The notes beneath the pieces are model-generated. The model did no database searches. It saw only the letters and a list, made by a program, of their open reading frames with translations, and was not told where the DNA came from. DNA of 64,000 bases, taken from NCBI GenBank assembly GCA_036172245.1, contig JAYWIR010000042.1:1736001-1800000 (forward strand). Direction: 5' to 3'. This stretch comes from Raillietiella orientalis. Its lineage: Eukaryota. This document shows positions 62,355 through 64,000 of the stretch, piece by piece. Within the stretch, counting starts at the first letter, position 1. Every line of letters starts with the position of its first letter. The position numbers and the translations under genes were made by a program.

Positions 62355-63249
62355 TTTTAGACCTTCTCATGCACTGAAAATTACAAATGCAAAACAACAA
62401 AAATGCACAAGATCCACTAGCCATGTAACACAGTATCTAATTATTGTTAATAAAGTGCATGTTGAAGTACAAACATAATTTAGTTATAGGCATTGTCCAT
62501 CTAATTATTAACAGGCAAGCATGTCCTTACACATATTATATGCACAAAGGTTCTTAATACACAATGGAATTTATAAATTCATTATGTATTGGAAAAAGAA
62601 AAATCTGCAGCCTACCTCACAAAAGGTCCTATCCTGATTTGGAGCCCAAAAAATCTGTTCCCCATTTCTGTTTACAGAAATTGGCTCAATAGCAACCCCA
62701 TCTGTTGTTTTGGTATAAATAACTGAAAATACCTTGCGATCTATAGGACATGTGTTTATGGTCTGCAAGAACAAAATTTATAAACAATTGCAATTTTTCA
62801 ACAATTCAGATTAAGAGTAGTTCATTCTAAACAACATACACAATCTTGGATAACAATTGGATAACTGTGTTGTATATGCTTCCAAAAACCAAAGCTTTTT
62901 CAATTCTTTCTTTATCATGATGAAAAAATTCAATGCATAACAAGAATAGTTTAGAACAAAAATGGATGAGATTTTTGAACTCTTAAAAATCCTTATGAGA
63001 TAAACTTGTATAGGATGATATACTTACACTAGACCATTCTAACAAACAGTCCAAACAAAACTTATGATCACAAGAATCTGGAATCCCTATGTTTTGTAAC
63101 TTAAAACGTATGAGACAAATTGGGCAACAGTCACTTTCTCTGTGATGTGGTTGTTCAACTTCATATTCACTATCACAGGATTCTTCACTGTCTTCTGAAG
63201 CATTAGTACTCTCATAATCAAATACTTCTGAGTTAGTCACATTACTCAT
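53521..63249 (-). CDS. PHRF1: PHD and RING finger domain-containing protein 1 (RING, PHD, long RS/low-complexity exon, C-terminal SRI-like domain)
   Basis: RING CPICL...PDSCDHKFCLDCLLEWS|...TCPIDRK; PHD CE|VCGEDTRENELLLCDTCDLGYHLGCLDPPL...WFCPVC; ~4.9-kb S/R/K-rich exon; C-terminal YMKKLNRQEKVVREVKQILKPFY...YKEIMRKSVPK...CHSKTGTIN; TGA at 53521-53523. Confidence 0.92.
60930..61050 (-). mobile_element. EVE: short PB1 motif-F fragment in a PHRF1 intron
   Basis: LVGMAK...QSLRTPGIRM ~ LNTMTK...RAIATPGMQI. Confidence 0.45.
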
Positions 63250-64000
63250 TTTCAGAACTTAGCTAATAGCTTAATAATGAAAGTGCAATCACATCATATA
63301 AGTTACTGCATATTTTTATGCACAATTCAACAGGGATCAAAAACAAAAAAAATTGGACACAACTGAGGACTCATCAGACATGGAAATATGATCCATATTA
63401 GTGGTACACTCCAAATGTGCCATAACTAGCATAATTCCAAGATTTGAATATTCTTTGGCATATTTCATAAAAAAATCTGCACAAAATAAATTCAATTTTC
63501 AAGCCTCTTTTTCAGCAACAATGTCTTAAAAAACTTTCATATTCACATTTGTGTACAGAATGCTATAGCAATAAAAATAATCAATGATCAGCAGAGAATG
63601 CAGTAAACCTCATCCTAAAACAAGATAAACAGTCTGTCACTTATCCATTAAAAATTTTCCTGTGTGCACATTTTATATCCATTTAAAAAACAGGAGGCAT
63701 CGCTGGATAAACAAGGATTTTTTTTATTTACACCTCAATCATATACATTCTGTGAATGCCCCACCAAGTCCACATTTTAATATTTGCTACAACATGATTG
63801 ATTTTCAACAGGCTTACATGTATTTATGTGTTCACTTAAGCTACTGTAGTAGGCACACAAAGGTGAGTCCAACTTAGAATGAATGGTCTGCTTAAATAGG
63901 TAAAATGCAACAGATAACCCAATAATAATGAAGCACACAACAAACTACTTGTTGGTTGGGAATTACATGAACCACTTTTCAATAGTAGAGAAAAGATTTA

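Noticed and set aside
1..64000. CRISPR arrays, rRNA/tRNA genes, prokaryotic operons
   Set aside because: No regularly spaced repeats or structural-RNA signatures seen; the DNA is intron-containing eukaryotic sequence.

Overview
Eukaryotic (invertebrate, probably arthropod-type) genomic DNA. It holds five recognisable spliced host genes: DNAI7/CASC1-like (-, 3' part not found in the window), V-ATPase V1 subunit E (+), hexokinase (+), myotrophin (-) and PHRF1 (-). There is also one spliced orphan gene (-). The main observation is that the introns and intergenic spacers are largely filled with decayed (frameshifted, stop-containing) copies of orthomyxovirus/influenza-like ribonucleoprotein genes. 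By manual translation and by-eye comparison to influenza A proteins recalled from memory, I count about 38 fragments: 13 PB1, 11 PB2, 7 PA and 7 NP. They lie in both orientations and span roughly 28 kb of the 64 kb. They include a 22-32 kb array with all four RNP segments and a hexokinase gene whose four kb-sized introns are mostly viral fossils. No HA/HEF/GP64, NA, M or NS homologue and no retrotransposon were recognised. No database search was run: viral assignments rest on ordered, mostly gap-free motif matches, and fragment boundaries are approximate (+/- 50-100 nt).
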